NCBI RefSeq assembly: GCF_004010195.1
Contig: NC_057719.1
Location: 35,216,137 to 35,280,136 of the forward strand
Direction: 5' to 3'
DNA: 64,000 bases
Source: Chiloscyllium plagiosum
Lineage: Eukaryota
Under the pieces are notes generated by a model. The model made no database searches, had not been told where the DNA came from, and was given only the letters and a program-made list of their open reading frames with translations. Below, in pieces: positions 12,780 to 24,958 of the stretch (its first letter is position 1; the number at the start of each line of letters is the position of its first letter). The position numbers and the translations under genes were made by a program.

Positions 12780-13800
12780 TACACACATCGGATCCAGGGT
12801 AACTTGGCAAGTTAGATCCAAAATTAGCTTAGTGGTAGCAGACAGGGTGGTGGTTGAAGGTTGTTTATGTGGTGTGACTGGAGGCTAATACCTTATGCTT
12901 AATCCCTGAATATTTGTGGTATATACAAACAATATAATTGAGAATGTGGAGCAGATAATAATTAAATTTGTGGATGACATAAAGTTTAGCTAGGTTGTTA
13001 ACAGAAAGTAAGAAGGTCTTAGGTTACAAAGAAATAAAAATGAGTTGGTCAGATAAGCAAATCAGTGGAGGATGGAATTTAATCCTGAAAAGTGTGACAT
13101 GATGTTACTGCTTCCAAAGTGCAAGACAAGGAGTACTAAATGAATGGCAGGGCACTAGGAACCTCAATGTAACAGAGGATGGTTAAGAAGCCAAATGGGA
13201 AGCTTACCTTTTATCAGTTTGTGGCATAGATAAAGCAGGGATATTACACTGGAAGCTGTACAAAACTTTTGTTAGGCCACAGTTGGAGTACTCTGTACAA
13301 ATCCGGCTGCCACACAGTGGGAAGGATGGGTTTACGTTGTAGGGTTGCAGAGGAAATTCGCTAGGATATTGCCTGGATGGAGTGTTTTAGCAGTGAAGAG
13401 AGATTGTATAGGCTTGGTTGTATACCAGTGGAGCCTGAGGGGAACCTGACTGAGGTGCATGAAATTGTGAGGGCTGTGGATAGGTTAGATAGAACAACTT
13501 AGTTCAAGGGTCAATAACAAGGTGGTATAATTTTAAGGTGAAAACCAGGAAGTTTTGAGGGGACGAAGGGAAAAGTTCTTTTTGACCCAGAGGGTGCTGG
13601 GAATCTGGAACATAATGCCTGAGTGGGTAGTAGAAATGCGATATCTCGCAACCTTTAAAAAGCACTTGGATGAGCACTTAAAATTTCATAATATTCAAGG
13701 TTGTGGGCTAAATGCTGGAAAGTAACATTAGTATAGAAAGGTAATTTTTTTTTAGTCAGTGCAGACTCAGTGTGTAGAAGTGCCTCTATTATATGACTTA
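12780..13800 (+). mobile_element. CR1-type LINE 3' fragment, old
   Basis: Degenerate KFVDD, WxMEFNPEKC and RPQLEY motifs and 3' UTR. Confidence 0.7.
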
Positions 13801-14157
13801 CCTCTGTTTGCTAATTACTAAGCAATTAATTTAAGATGTTCAAATTTATGGACTGAATGCTTCTTGTGGCACAGTGGTAGTGTCCCTACCTCTGGACCAC
13901 ATGGTCTGGTTTCAAATCTCCCTGCTTCAGTGGTGTGAAATACCCGGTCTAAAAAAAATTTAAATTTTAGGACTGTTGGATGGATTATAGTGGCAATAAT
14001 CTTTTCAAGATATACATGTTCATTGTAAAACAAAAGTATCTCCGCTGATAACAGTTGATTGTTATATGAATGGTATAGTGATGAAATTGCTGAGAGAATT
14101 ATAAATGAAAATCATGGATCAACTCATTTAGTTCACCAAAGCTTTTATTCATCACAG

Positions 14158-14206
14158 AAATGGGATTTTTCACAGAGATGTAAAGCCAGAAAACATTTTA
14201 ATTAAG
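14158..14206 (+). CDS. MOK: MOK exon, 49 bp, catalytic loop: (R)NGIFHRDVKPENILIK
   Basis: cacag acceptor, AAG/gtaggt donor; HRDxKPEN kinase catalytic motif; phases match both neighbours. Confidence 0.95.
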
Positions 14207-14577
14207 GTAGGTTTTTTTAAAAAAATGTGATTCAACTCTCAGTATTACAGAGTAGTGGGATTTCTTTGTAAATTCGTTCATGGGATGTGGGTATTTTTGT
14301 CCAGACCAACATGGGTCTGTCCCATTTGCTCTGGAGAATGTGGTGGTGAGCTGCCTTCTTGAACCGCTGTAGTCCATATATTGTATGAACACCCATAATT
14401 CTTCAGGAATGGTGTTCTAGAATTTTGACTCAATGACAGTGAAGGAACAGTGATCTACTTCTAAGTCAGGATGATGTGTGACTTTGAAGGAAACCTGCAC
14501 TTGCTTCACATGCTCTTTTATTTAGTTTGTAGGCTTGAAGATGATGTCAAATATGCCATTGATTGTTCTTCAGACCA

Positions 14578-14685
14578 TTCTGCTCTGAAGAAGGGTCACC
14601 AGACTCGAAATGTTAACAACTCTTTTCACTCCACGGATGCTGCCAGACTTGCCAAGTTTCTCCAGCAATTTCTGTTTTTGTTTGA
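14578..14685 (+). mobile_element. Penelope-like terminal repeat (family C) with hammerhead motif
   Basis: CTGAAGA-A-GGGTC-ACCA-GACTC-GAAATGTT-AAC then gatgctgccagact..tttctccagcaatttctgtttt; related copies at about 10257-10345, 19348-19391 and 60115-60213. Confidence 0.65.
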
Positions 14686-17599
14686 GGTACTAGACCTGTT
14701 CAAAGTCTGTCCCATGTAGCATGGAGGCAGTGCCACACCTCAGGATGGGAGGGACTGGGTCACCACAACAGCTGTATGATTGTCACTCCTAATGAAACTG
14801 TCATGAACAGACCAATCTGTGACATAGATTGGTGAGGACAAGGTAGGATAAGTATTTTTCTGTCTTAATGGTTGCCTCACCACCTGGCACAGGCACAGTC
14901 TTGCTATGCTGTCCGTTACATGGTGATTTATCAATCCTAGCTGTGTTGCCTGGGGAATGTACTCAGGCTCTTGACTGAGAAATTGAGAAGTTCAAATTGA
15001 ATTAGCATGCATGAACCTTTGAGATTAAGGTGGAGTAGAGAGAAGTTTACTCTGTATGTGTAGCATATGCAAACTAAAATTGCTTGTCACAAACATGAGA
15101 TGTCACTTTCACAAGCACAAGAATCGGCATTGTATCTTTGCAAAAATTGAACTCTATGGCTTGCAGAATACAAAGAGAAAACATTAACTAATTTGGATTA
15201 AAATTGAATTAACTATGATGCTGTACTGTAAATGCATTGATATATTATATGTTGAGACTTTAAATCCTTGATAATGTGACATACACATTATCTAAACTGG
15301 TAGTTGGGGAATAGTGAATGGACTAGGTCTGGATGTTTGCTAAAAAGTACATTGGAATTTGACAGTGCAAGAATTCCAAAATAGCTTTGGAACTCCAGGA
15401 TGCATGTTGGGGATGGTATAATGGTCCAGTCCAAATATATCGTTGGCATCAGAAAGAGTCCCACAGAATCCTATCATATGATTTTCCAGTCTCCTCACAG
15501 CAGATAATAGTTTTTCCCAACTTCACAATGACAGATGTCCCTAATGCAGGTGTTATCTTTCCAACATAACTTTGTCTTCTCCAAATGGAAAGTGATGGGC
15601 TGAACATTAGAGATTCAAGATGGATTAATCTCAGATTTTTCATCAGGTTGTTCAACTATGCAGACTCCTTTGGCTTTTTTTGACACCATGTGACATCATA
15701 TTTATAAATGTTGCTATATAATTTCCTGTTTCTTTAACTTCGGAGTATTTTGTGGATAGAATTACATGTATCATCCCTTTTTCTGTAACTTAAGTTTCTT
15801 TTTTGTCTGTGCCAGCTATGTGGAGGTATGAGCATGTATAACTGTGCTGGGCAGCAATTACATACATAATAATGCCAATTATGTGTCTCAAAGTAAAATT
15901 ATTAGCTGTTAATCAGTTTGATTTACCAAAAGGAAAGATTTGCATAAATATATTCTTTCATTCTATTAGGAATGGCTACAGGTTGTTCAGTGTCCTGGAC
16001 ACCACAGACTGCTGGGTCTTCCAGCTGTTATTGAATGTTGCCGTGCCAACTTGATATTAATTATTTCTGACATACAAAACTATAGGTTTGTGTTCTGGGT
16101 ATTAGACTTCTAAAGTTGCTGACCACAAAATAGCAGGGGTTAGTCTAACTTATGCAGGGAAGCTTTTCATATGGAATATACCTAATGCTTAGTGCTCACT
16201 TGTTTGGAATTTCTAGTGCTGCTGGAGCCATGTAAAAGGAAGGTTACTTAAAAGGTAAGTGGCCAAGTGGAGGACGAAGAAATTCTGGCTCCTAAAATTG
16301 AAGACAGCAGAGAGCTGGTAATTCATTATAATGTGTAAAGAAAATGTAACTGCAGAAACAACAAAAACAATCCATTGCTACATAAATTTAATCTCCCTTT
16401 TTGATGGAAGGTGGAGAATAGATTTTACTGAATGAGAAGTGCAGTATGCTTGCAAGGTGGTGGATACCATGGTAAAGAGGCCTAATTGTTTCTCATTTAC
16501 TGAAATACTTTTACAGCTTTGTCTGGGCTGTGTTAGCTTGACAGGTATGGAGGAATGGAGTTGAGGACATTCAAGCTGAAGGAGTTGAAGAATTCTGCAG
16601 AATATTCAGTCCACTGAACACTGCACAAAAACACATTTTTGATGAGCTCCTTTTCATTCTTAACTCTCAGCTGGGAAGGTTCTTTTGGACTTGGGCTATA
16701 GATTATTATCTCAATAGTATTGAAGAAACTGTGTTTGTTGGTGTCTACAAGTCGCTGGATGTCCTGCAGTCTTTTTACCCACTATTTGTTCTTTTATTTT
16801 GTGGGGTTTTTTTTGCTATAGAATTACTTTCTGACACCTGTAAGACTGCTGCTTTTCTCTTGAGCCATGGAAAAATTTCCAGTCAAGGAAAACTTTGTAT
16901 TTGTACTCAGTTAGGTATCTCTTGATAATTTTGTTGAGTCCTGATGTTTTTTGCTAGTCAGGATCAAAGACCTCATCACAGATGCTTGTTATGGTGGACT
17001 TCAGGTTTGAGCAGAAAATATATACACTAGCTGTAGGAGCTGGAGAGGTTGGTAATGAGGCACTGACACAAAAGGGCCTCCTTGCTGGTACCTTAGTGGC
17101 CTAAGTCGTTAATATTTTTGCGGCATTGCTTCTATTACCTCTGCTGCTTAGAGGCCAAATAGATTGAGATGGTAAATTGGATAAGATGGTGATTGATCCA
17201 GTGTAAGTCAATACCGGTCATGGCACACATGGTGTAAACCTGTCTGCAGTCCCCTTGTCTCACTGTCAGAATAGGAAGTTACTTATGACACTGTCATGGT
17301 TCTAGACATTTTGTCAAGTTGAAGATTTCTGTGAAGTTCATTTTCTTGATTCCTTCCCTTCATGTTGCAGTTTTCCAGAGATTGTCTTCCTTCTCAGGAG
17401 GAAGAAATCTCCAAGCAGAATCAGTTTGCTGGGACAAGGATTAGGGATTTCTTGGGGTTAGTGCTTCCTTGTTCTTGTCATAAAGTCATAGAGGTCTAGA
17501 AGGCATAGAAAAAGACTCTTCAGCTTATTAAGTCTATGCCAGTCAAAACAGCCACCTATTTTAATCCCATTTTTCAGCACTTGGTCTATATCCTTCTAT

Positions 17600-17948
17600 G
17601 TTGAAACTTTATTGCTGGAACAGCACAGCAGGTCAGGCAGCATCCAGGGAACAGGAGATTCGACGTTTCGGGCACAGGCCCTTCTTCAGGAATGAGCAGA
17701 GAGTGTTCAGCAGGAGAAGATAAAAGGTAGGGAGGAGGGACTTGGAGGAGGGGAGTTGGCCCCTCCTCCAAGTCCCTCCTCCCTACCTTTTATCTTCTCC
17801 TGCTGAACACTCTCTGCTCATTCCTGAAGAAGGGCCTGTGCCCGAAACGTCGAATCTCCTGTTCCCTGGATGCTGCCTGACCTGCTGTGCTGTTCCAGCA
17901 ATAAAGTTTCAACTTTGATCTCCAGCATCTGCAGACCTCACTTTCTCC
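17600..17948. mobile_element. Young family A fold-back element: perfect 154-bp inverted arms, 6-nt spacer, TSD
   Basis: 17600-17753 is the exact reverse complement of 17760-17913; TSD (c)tatatccttctatg at 17586-17600 and 17948-17962. Confidence 0.95.
17820..17855 (+). ncRNA. Minimal type I hammerhead ribozyme motif, family A (intact); mirror copy on - strand at 17658-17693
   Basis: Stem I ATTC/GAAT, core CTGAAGA, extra A, stem II GGGC-CTGT-GCCC, GAAA, palindromic ACGT, predicted cleavage GTC^ after 17851. Confidence 0.75.
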
Positions 17949-18277
17949 TATATCCTTCTATGCCTTGGCATCGCAAGTGAACATCTAAACACTATATAAA
18001 TGTTTGAGGATTTCTGCCTCTACCACTCTTCCAGGAGGTGAGTTCCACAATCCCACCACCCTTTGGATGAAAGTTTTTTTCACTCTCACCTCATCTAAAC
18101 CTCCTGCCCCCTTACCTTAAATCAGTCCCCTGGTTATTGATCCTTCATCAAGAGGAAATGTTTGTTCCCATCTACCTGTCTGTGCCCCTCATAATTTTAT
18201 ACATCTCAATCATGTTCCCCTCAGCCTCCTCTGCTCCAAGGATAACAACCCCAGTCTATCCAATCTCTCTTCACGAT

Positions 18278-19342
18278 TATTTAAGAAAGGTGGTAAGGAA
18301 AAACCAAGAAATTATCGATCTGTGTCCCTGACATCAGTGGTGGACAGTTGTTAAAGGGGATCTTGAGGGACAGGATTTACATGTATTTGGAAAGGCATGG
18401 ACTGATTTAAGGATAGTCAGTGTGACTTTGTAAGTGGGAGATCATGTCTCACTAACTTGATTAAGTTTTTTGAGGAAGTAACGAACATGATTGAAGGCAG
18501 AGTGGTGGACGTGATCTATATGGACTTCAGGAAGGCATTCAACAAGGTTCCGCATGGTAGACTGGTTGGCAAAGTTAGATCACATGGAATACAGGGCTAT
18601 GTAGCCATTCTGATACAGAACTGGCTCAAATATAGGAGAGAGGGATAGTGGCAGAGGGTTGCTTTTCAGACTGGAGGCCTGTGACCAGTGGTGTGCCACA
18701 AGGTTCAGTGCTGGGTCCACTGCTTTTTGTATAATCGTGTATATAAATGATTTGAATGTGAATATAGGAGGTAAGGTTAGTAAGTTTTCAGATGACACCA
18801 AATTTGGTGGTGTAGTGGACAGTGAAGAAGATTACCTCAGAGTACAACGTGATTTGTTGAGATTGGCCAGTGGGCTGAGGAGTGGCAGATGTGGAGTTTA
18901 ATTCAGATAAATGTGAGATGCTGCATTTTGGAAAGTCAAATCAGGGCAAGACTTATACACTTAATGGTAAGGTCCTGGAGAGTGTTGCTGAACAAAGAGA
19001 CCTTGGAGTGCAGGTTCATAGCTCCTTGAAAGTGGAGTAGCAGGTAGATAGGATAGTGAAGAAAGCGTTTGGTAAGCTTTCCTTTATTGGTCAGAGTATT
19101 GAGTACAGGAGTTGGGAGGTCATGTTGCGGCTGTACAGAACATTGGTTTGGCCACTTTTGGAATAATGTGTGCAATTCTAGTTTCCCTGCTACAGAAAGG
19201 ATGTTGTTAAACTTGGAAGGGTTCAAAAAAAAGATTTATAAGGATGTTGCCAACGTTGGAGAATTTGAGCTTTAGGGAGAAGCTGAATAAGCTGAATAAT
19301 GCTAGAGACTGAGGAGTGACCTTAGAGAAGTTTAAAAATCAT
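18278..19342 (+). mobile_element. CR1-type LINE ORF2 RT fragment
   Basis: [38 protein letters not shown] motifs with frameshifts. Confidence 0.85.
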
Positions 19343-20152
19343 GAAGAAAGCAGAGTTTGCATTTTGAGTCCTGTGACTCTTCATCAGAACAAGGACCAGA
19401 TATATCATCGCAGTCAAAGAGATTTTTCTTAGAAAAACTGTGCCTTCACTGCAAGCATTGGGTCAAGACAATATCTTCTACACCTTCGCAGAGTATAGAG
19501 TGATCATCAATCCCAGAAGGTTATTGTTAGCAATCAAACTAGATAAACACAACAGTTACCACTGCAACAACATTCTCTGCGAGAAAATGAAAAAGCCGAA
19601 ATAGTAACATCACCTAGGAATCAGCTGATACTTGAGGACCTTTAAGAGACCTAAATACTATGGAAAAAGTCAATGAAAAGGGGAATGTTTGGAGAAATAC
19701 AATTGTCCCCTTCAGTGAATGCTTGCCTTGCTGTCGCAATGTGACCTCTATCTCCACTGTATGTTTGCAATCTGTCAGAACAATTAAGGACATATTACTT
19801 TTAATAGTCAGACTGAAATCTTTCTTTTCAATGGTGGGAGAAGGGCAGCAGACTGACCAATATACTTTAATTAACAATGGAGATCAGGACATTTATTTGG
19901 AATTTTGCACTTGTTGTACAGCCAATGTAGTCAAAGCAGTTTTCCTTCACATTGTCTCTCCTCCATTTTTCCTTGCTGTAAATTGCATCTCACAGCTAGC
20001 AAATTACCTACTGGCATGGTGACCTTGTTGGAAATCTATACTGCCTTCAGTCCAAAATTAAACCACTTTAACTTCATTCATAGAGCTAGAGAATGCATGT
20101 GATGTTTGTGTGTTCACCTACACATACACTGAACTTCGTGTCAATTTTAAAC

Positions 20153-20782
20153 AAAAAAAATCCAAAGAACTTCACATGTTGGAAATCAGAAACAAAAGTA
20201 GAAATTGCTGGAGAAAACTCAACAGGTCTGACAACATCTGTGGAGAGAAAGCAGAGTTAATGTTTTGGATCCAGTGACCCTTCTTCAGAACTGATTTGTA
20301 ACTAGGAAAAGGTGAATAAGTTAGGGTGAGAGGAGTAAATGATATTTGGAGCCCAGAGAGATAGAGAACAATGCTTGGGCAGACAAAGGAATGGGTAATG
20401 GTCAGCCGGGAGAATCAAGAGTTGCAAATGGGAACTATTAGTAGATTACAATGGGTTGGTTGTGGTAGCAGCCCACATGATGACAAGGCCTGGGGATTGG
20501 GGTAGGGACATGGAAAAATAACTCAGTATTGAGTCCTAAAACTGCAGGGTCCCCAAGTTGAAAATGAGTTGCTGTTCTTTCAGTTTGTCCTGATCTTTAC
20601 TGAAGCACTGCAACTAACATGAGAGAGAGATGTTAGCCAGGGAACAGGAAGTTTAGGGTTACTTTTGTGGTCAGAATTTAAGTGTTCTACAAAGTTGTTG
20701 CCTCTGCTTAATGTTAATTCTGCTATCTTTACACACTTGCTGTCAGACCTACTGATTTTTTTTCCAGTAACTTCTGTTTTAT
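20153..20782. mobile_element. Penelope-like element (family C), - strand body with short inverted + arm
   Basis: Minus strand 20251-20294: CTGAAGA-A-GGGTC-ACT-GGATCC-AAAACATT-AACT; inverted tail copy at about 20710-20782. Confidence 0.6.
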
Positions 20783-21733
20783 TAGGGTCAATTTTGTTTG
20801 TTTCTCTGAAGCATGTGAGAAATAGATAAGTTCCTGGAAAAAGTAATTAATTTTAATACTATGGGTGTACCCCTACACCACAAGGTCTGCAGCAGTTCAA
20901 GTAGGGGATTGGCTGCTTGAGGGCAAATAGGGATGAACAACAAAATCTGGCCTTACCAATGATTCCCACATCCCATGAAAGAAAAATATATAATTTTTTA
21001 TGTCTTTAGAACCACCTCTTGGCAAGGTAGGTATGGACAATGAAATTCATCAGTCTCCAACACACCAATTCAGCCTTTTGTTGACCGAGGACCAAGATCT
21101 CAAATACAAGACTAAGGTCATGGTTTATTGGGGAGCAGTGATCCCTGCTCTTCTATGTTCTTTAGAGACTTGGATGTGAGCTGTTGTTTGAGCAATAAGG
21201 ATTGATGTCCATCTAGAATTTGTGCTTCCCTGCGGAATGTGATTGGATAGTCATGTTTAAGAAATTATGAATAAAGTATGTTTTTGTTATGAAATGAACA
21301 GCTATCTTTTAAAATTGGTTATTGAGGGCTATGTAATGGTTTGGGTATTTTACTGAAATAAAATGTTAAAAAGAAAAATTCAAATGGTAATACGTGATTG
21401 TTTAGTGAGTTTGATTACAATATTTAGAGAGAAATCGATTGAAAGAGAAGCTAGCTGTGCCTCAAATTAAAATTTATTAAATTACTAATGCTCACTAAAA
21501 TGGAAACCTGTATTTATATCATGATCAGTTCTGTTAGCTGAGGTTAGTCCCTTCTTCCATTTGGTCCCTTGGATGACTCCAACTTAGTCCAATAAAATCA
21601 TTTAGAAAAGGAAATTGAAGTAGACAAATGAAGTGGATTTTATGATCTTTTCTGTAACTGGTCAGTTTATTCCAATAGAAAGATGATATTGGTAACTATT
21701 CCATGTTTTAAATATGCTGGGTTTACCTTGCAG

Positions 21734-21912
21734 CAAAACGTGCTGAAGTTGGCAGATTTTGGTTCGTGTAGGAGTGTCCTCTCAAAGCAGCCATATACAG
21801 AATATATTTCTACCCGATGGTATAGAGCCCCGGAATGTCTTCTTACAGATGGGTACTACAGCTTCAAAATGGACATCTGGAGCACAGGCTGTGTTTTCTA
21901 TGAAATAACAAG
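21734..21912 (+). CDS. MOK: MOK exon, 179 bp: [59 protein letters not shown](S)
   Basis: ttgcag acceptor, AG/gtgaac donor; DFG, TEY activation loop and STRWYRAPE; overlaps ORF 21683..21916. Confidence 0.97.
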
Positions 21913-23062
21913 GTGAACTTTGAATTCTACTGTTATCGAAGTATTATGTGATGTTGTTGAAAAATGTTTGTCCTAGACCAGAAGATGTAAGAACAGAAAA
22001 AGCCATTTGGCACATCAGGGCTTCTTTGCCATTCAGTGACATCAAGGCTAATCTGATAATCCTCAACTCCATTTGCCTCAACCAAGTTTCCCTTAACCCT
22101 TGATTTCCTCACTGGCTAAAAGTCTGCCTATCTCACCTTCGAATTAGACTCTAGAGCCTTCTGTGGTAAAGAATCCACAGAATCATGACCCTCCGAAGGA
22201 AGAAATTCCTCCTCATCTGTGCTGTAATTGGGCAACCCTGTACTCTGAGAATGTCCCCTCTGATGCCAGATTCTCGCACAAGTGGAAGCATCTTCTCCGC
22301 ATCTACCCTGTCAAGTACCCTAAGAATCATAAGGTTGCGCCTCATTCTTCTAAATTCCCAATGAGTACAAGCTCTCCTCAAAGGATAGTCCCTCTATATC
22401 AGAGATCAACTTAGTGAGCCTTCTCTGGACTGTGTCCCTTAGAAAAGGGAACCAAAACTGTTCAGTTTTCCAGCTGTGGTCTAACTAGTGTCTTGTATAG
22501 TTTTAGTAAGACTTACCCTAATTTTATATTCTGTTTCCTTTGAAATAAAGGACAACATTTTGTCTGCTTTCCTTATACCTGCTGAACTTGTATGTTAGCT
22601 TTTTTGTAATTTATGCACAAGGCTTCGAAATTGTCTTCTGTAGATTTCTGCAGTCTTCTTCCATTTAAATAATATTCATCTCCTCTTCTCACTGCTAAGG
22701 TGCAAAATCTCACACTTTCCTACAATACATTTCATGTGCCAAGTTTCTACTTAGTCACTTGACCTATCTTTATTCTTCTGCATTCTCTTTGTCATTCCTG
22801 ACTCACTTGCCTTCCCACCTATCTTTATGTTATCTGCAAACTTGACTGCTACATTTTTACTTTCCTCATCCAAGTCATTTATATATGTGACCCCAACATT
22901 GATCCTTGTGATTCTCCATTCATTTTGGGTTGCCATCCTTTAAAATGTCCCTATCCCTTTGTCCAAACTTTCTGCCTTCTATTAGTTAGCAACTCCTCAA
23001 TGTATGTTAATATATGACCTCCACAACCATGGGCTCTTATCTTATTGAATACCCAAATATGT

Positions 23063-23748
23063 TCTGGATGTAGGTTTGCTCGCTGAGCTGAAAGGTTGAT
23101 TTTCAGACATTTTGTCACCATACTAGGCAACATCTTCAGTGAGCCTCCAGATAAAGCACTGCCAATGATTCCTGCTTTCTTTTTATATGTTTGGGTTTCT
23201 TTGGGTTGGTGATGCTGTTTCCTGTGATGTCATTTCCTGTTATTTTCTCAGGGAGTGGTAAATGGGGTCCAAGTCAATGCGTTTGTTGATAGTGTTCCTG
23301 TTGGAATGCCAAGCTTCAAGGAATTCACATGCCATTCCTGAAGAAGGGCTTATGCCCGAAACGTCGATTCTCCTGTTCCCTGGATGCTGCCTGACCTGCT
23401 GCGCTTTTCCAGCAACACATTTTCAGCTCTGATCTCCAGCATCTGCAGACCTCACTTTCTCCTCAATGAATTCCTAGAAGCATGGCATTCCAACCAGAGT
23501 TCTATCAACAAACACATTGACTTGGACCCCACTTACTACCTCCTGAGAAAATAACAGGAAATGACATCACCAACCCAAATAAACCCAAACATATAAAAAG
23601 AAAGCAGGAATCATCAGCACTTTGTCCACAGGCTCACTGGTGTTGCCTAGTATGGTGACAAAATGTCTGAAAATTAGCCTTCCAGCTCAGTGAGCAAAAC
23701 TACATCCAGAATCTCAACCTGAACTAGAAATCTTCTCAAAACTTGCTA
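23063..23748. mobile_element. Family B Penelope-like fold-back element with TSD
   Basis: Inverted arms about 23063-23326 and 23468-23710; TSD acccaaatatgt at 23051-23062 and 23749-23760. Confidence 0.88.
23333..23462 (+). mobile_element. Family A terminal repeat with intact hammerhead core, lying in the spacer of the family B fold-back
   Basis: cattcCTGAAGAAGGGCTTATGCCCGAAACGTCgattc...CACTTTCTCC. Confidence 0.88.
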
Positions 23749-24574
23749 ACCCAAATATGTGCTAACTTATACCAACTGGAAATCCAAATATATCACATCC
23801 TCTTCTTTCCCTTTATCCTATTTCTTACCTCTTTACTCTTCATAAAGTCTTGCTGACTCTGCTTGATTATATTATGTGTTTTCAAATGCTCTGCTATTGC
23901 ATGCTGTACAGTACACCCTACATTTCCCAACAACTGACATTAAGTTAACTGGCATTTTTTTTTTACCTCCTGTGTTTTTGAATAAAGGTGTTACTTTAGC
24001 AGGTTTCCAAGTCTCCAGAACTTTTCCAGAATCTAAACAATATTGGAAGCAACTTCTTTTAATATCCCATAAGGTTCAAGAAACTTAGTCTTTCGCCCCA
24101 GTAGATTGTTTAGTACTTTTTCTGTAGTCATAATTACTTATTTCCTCTCCCCTTTTTCCTCTTTAATTAGATGGTATTTTTAATATTTTTTATTGTGAGT
24201 ACTAATGCAAATTATTTAAACTCCTCTGCTGTGGGGGGAAAAGAAACCGGAGCATGCAGATACGAGGAGAACATTAAAACTTCTCACAGACAGTCACCCG
24301 AGGTGGAATCAAACGCAAGTCCTTTGCGCTGTGAGGCAGCAGTGCTAACCACTGAACAATCATGCCACCTTATGATACACTGTGGTCAAATAGCCCATCA
24401 TGAAAACTGGGCGACTGACAAAAAGGAAACCAAGGAACCATATCTTGGCAGAATGAAGTTATGAAGCAATAACAACAATTTATATGATGCTTTTAATGTA
24501 ATAAAATAGCTGCAGCTCTTCACAAGAACATCATTAAACAAATAATGGGTGAGCAAAACTTGGTAGGTTTAAGT

Positions 24575-24958
24575 CAGGGTGACCTTAAAGAGGTTTATAA
24601 AATCATGAGGGGCATGGATAGAGTAAATAGACAAGATCTTTTCCCTGGGGTGAGGGAGTCCAGAACTAGAGGGCATAAGTTCAGGATGAGAGGGGAAAGA
24701 TATAAAAGGGACCTAAGGGGCAACGTTTTTCATGCAGTGGGTGGTGCGTGTATAGAATGAGCTGCCAGAGGAAGTGCTGGAGACTGGTACAAATTACAGC
24801 ATATAAAAGGCATCTAGATGGGTTTATGAATAGGAAGGATTTAGAGGGATATGGGTCAAGTGCTGGCAAATGGGACTAGATTAGATTAGGATATCTGGTC
24901 AGCATAAACGAGTTGGTCGAAGGGTCTGTTTGCATGCTGTACCTCTCTATAACTCTGT
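24575..24958 (+). mobile_element. CR1/HER1-type LINE 3' end
   Basis: GDLKEVYKIMRGMDRV..SRTRGHKF plus 3' UTR. Confidence 0.8.

Larger units (their letters stand above)
21980..24100 (-). mobile_element. CR1-type LINE fragment hosting the family B insertion
   Basis: TYINDLDE..KFADNIK and LDRVDAEKMLP motifs on - strand. Confidence 0.75.

Noticed and set aside
21683..21733. ATG-initiated extension of ORF 21683..21916
   Set aside because: Lies upstream of the splice acceptor at 21731-21733; intronic read-through, not a start
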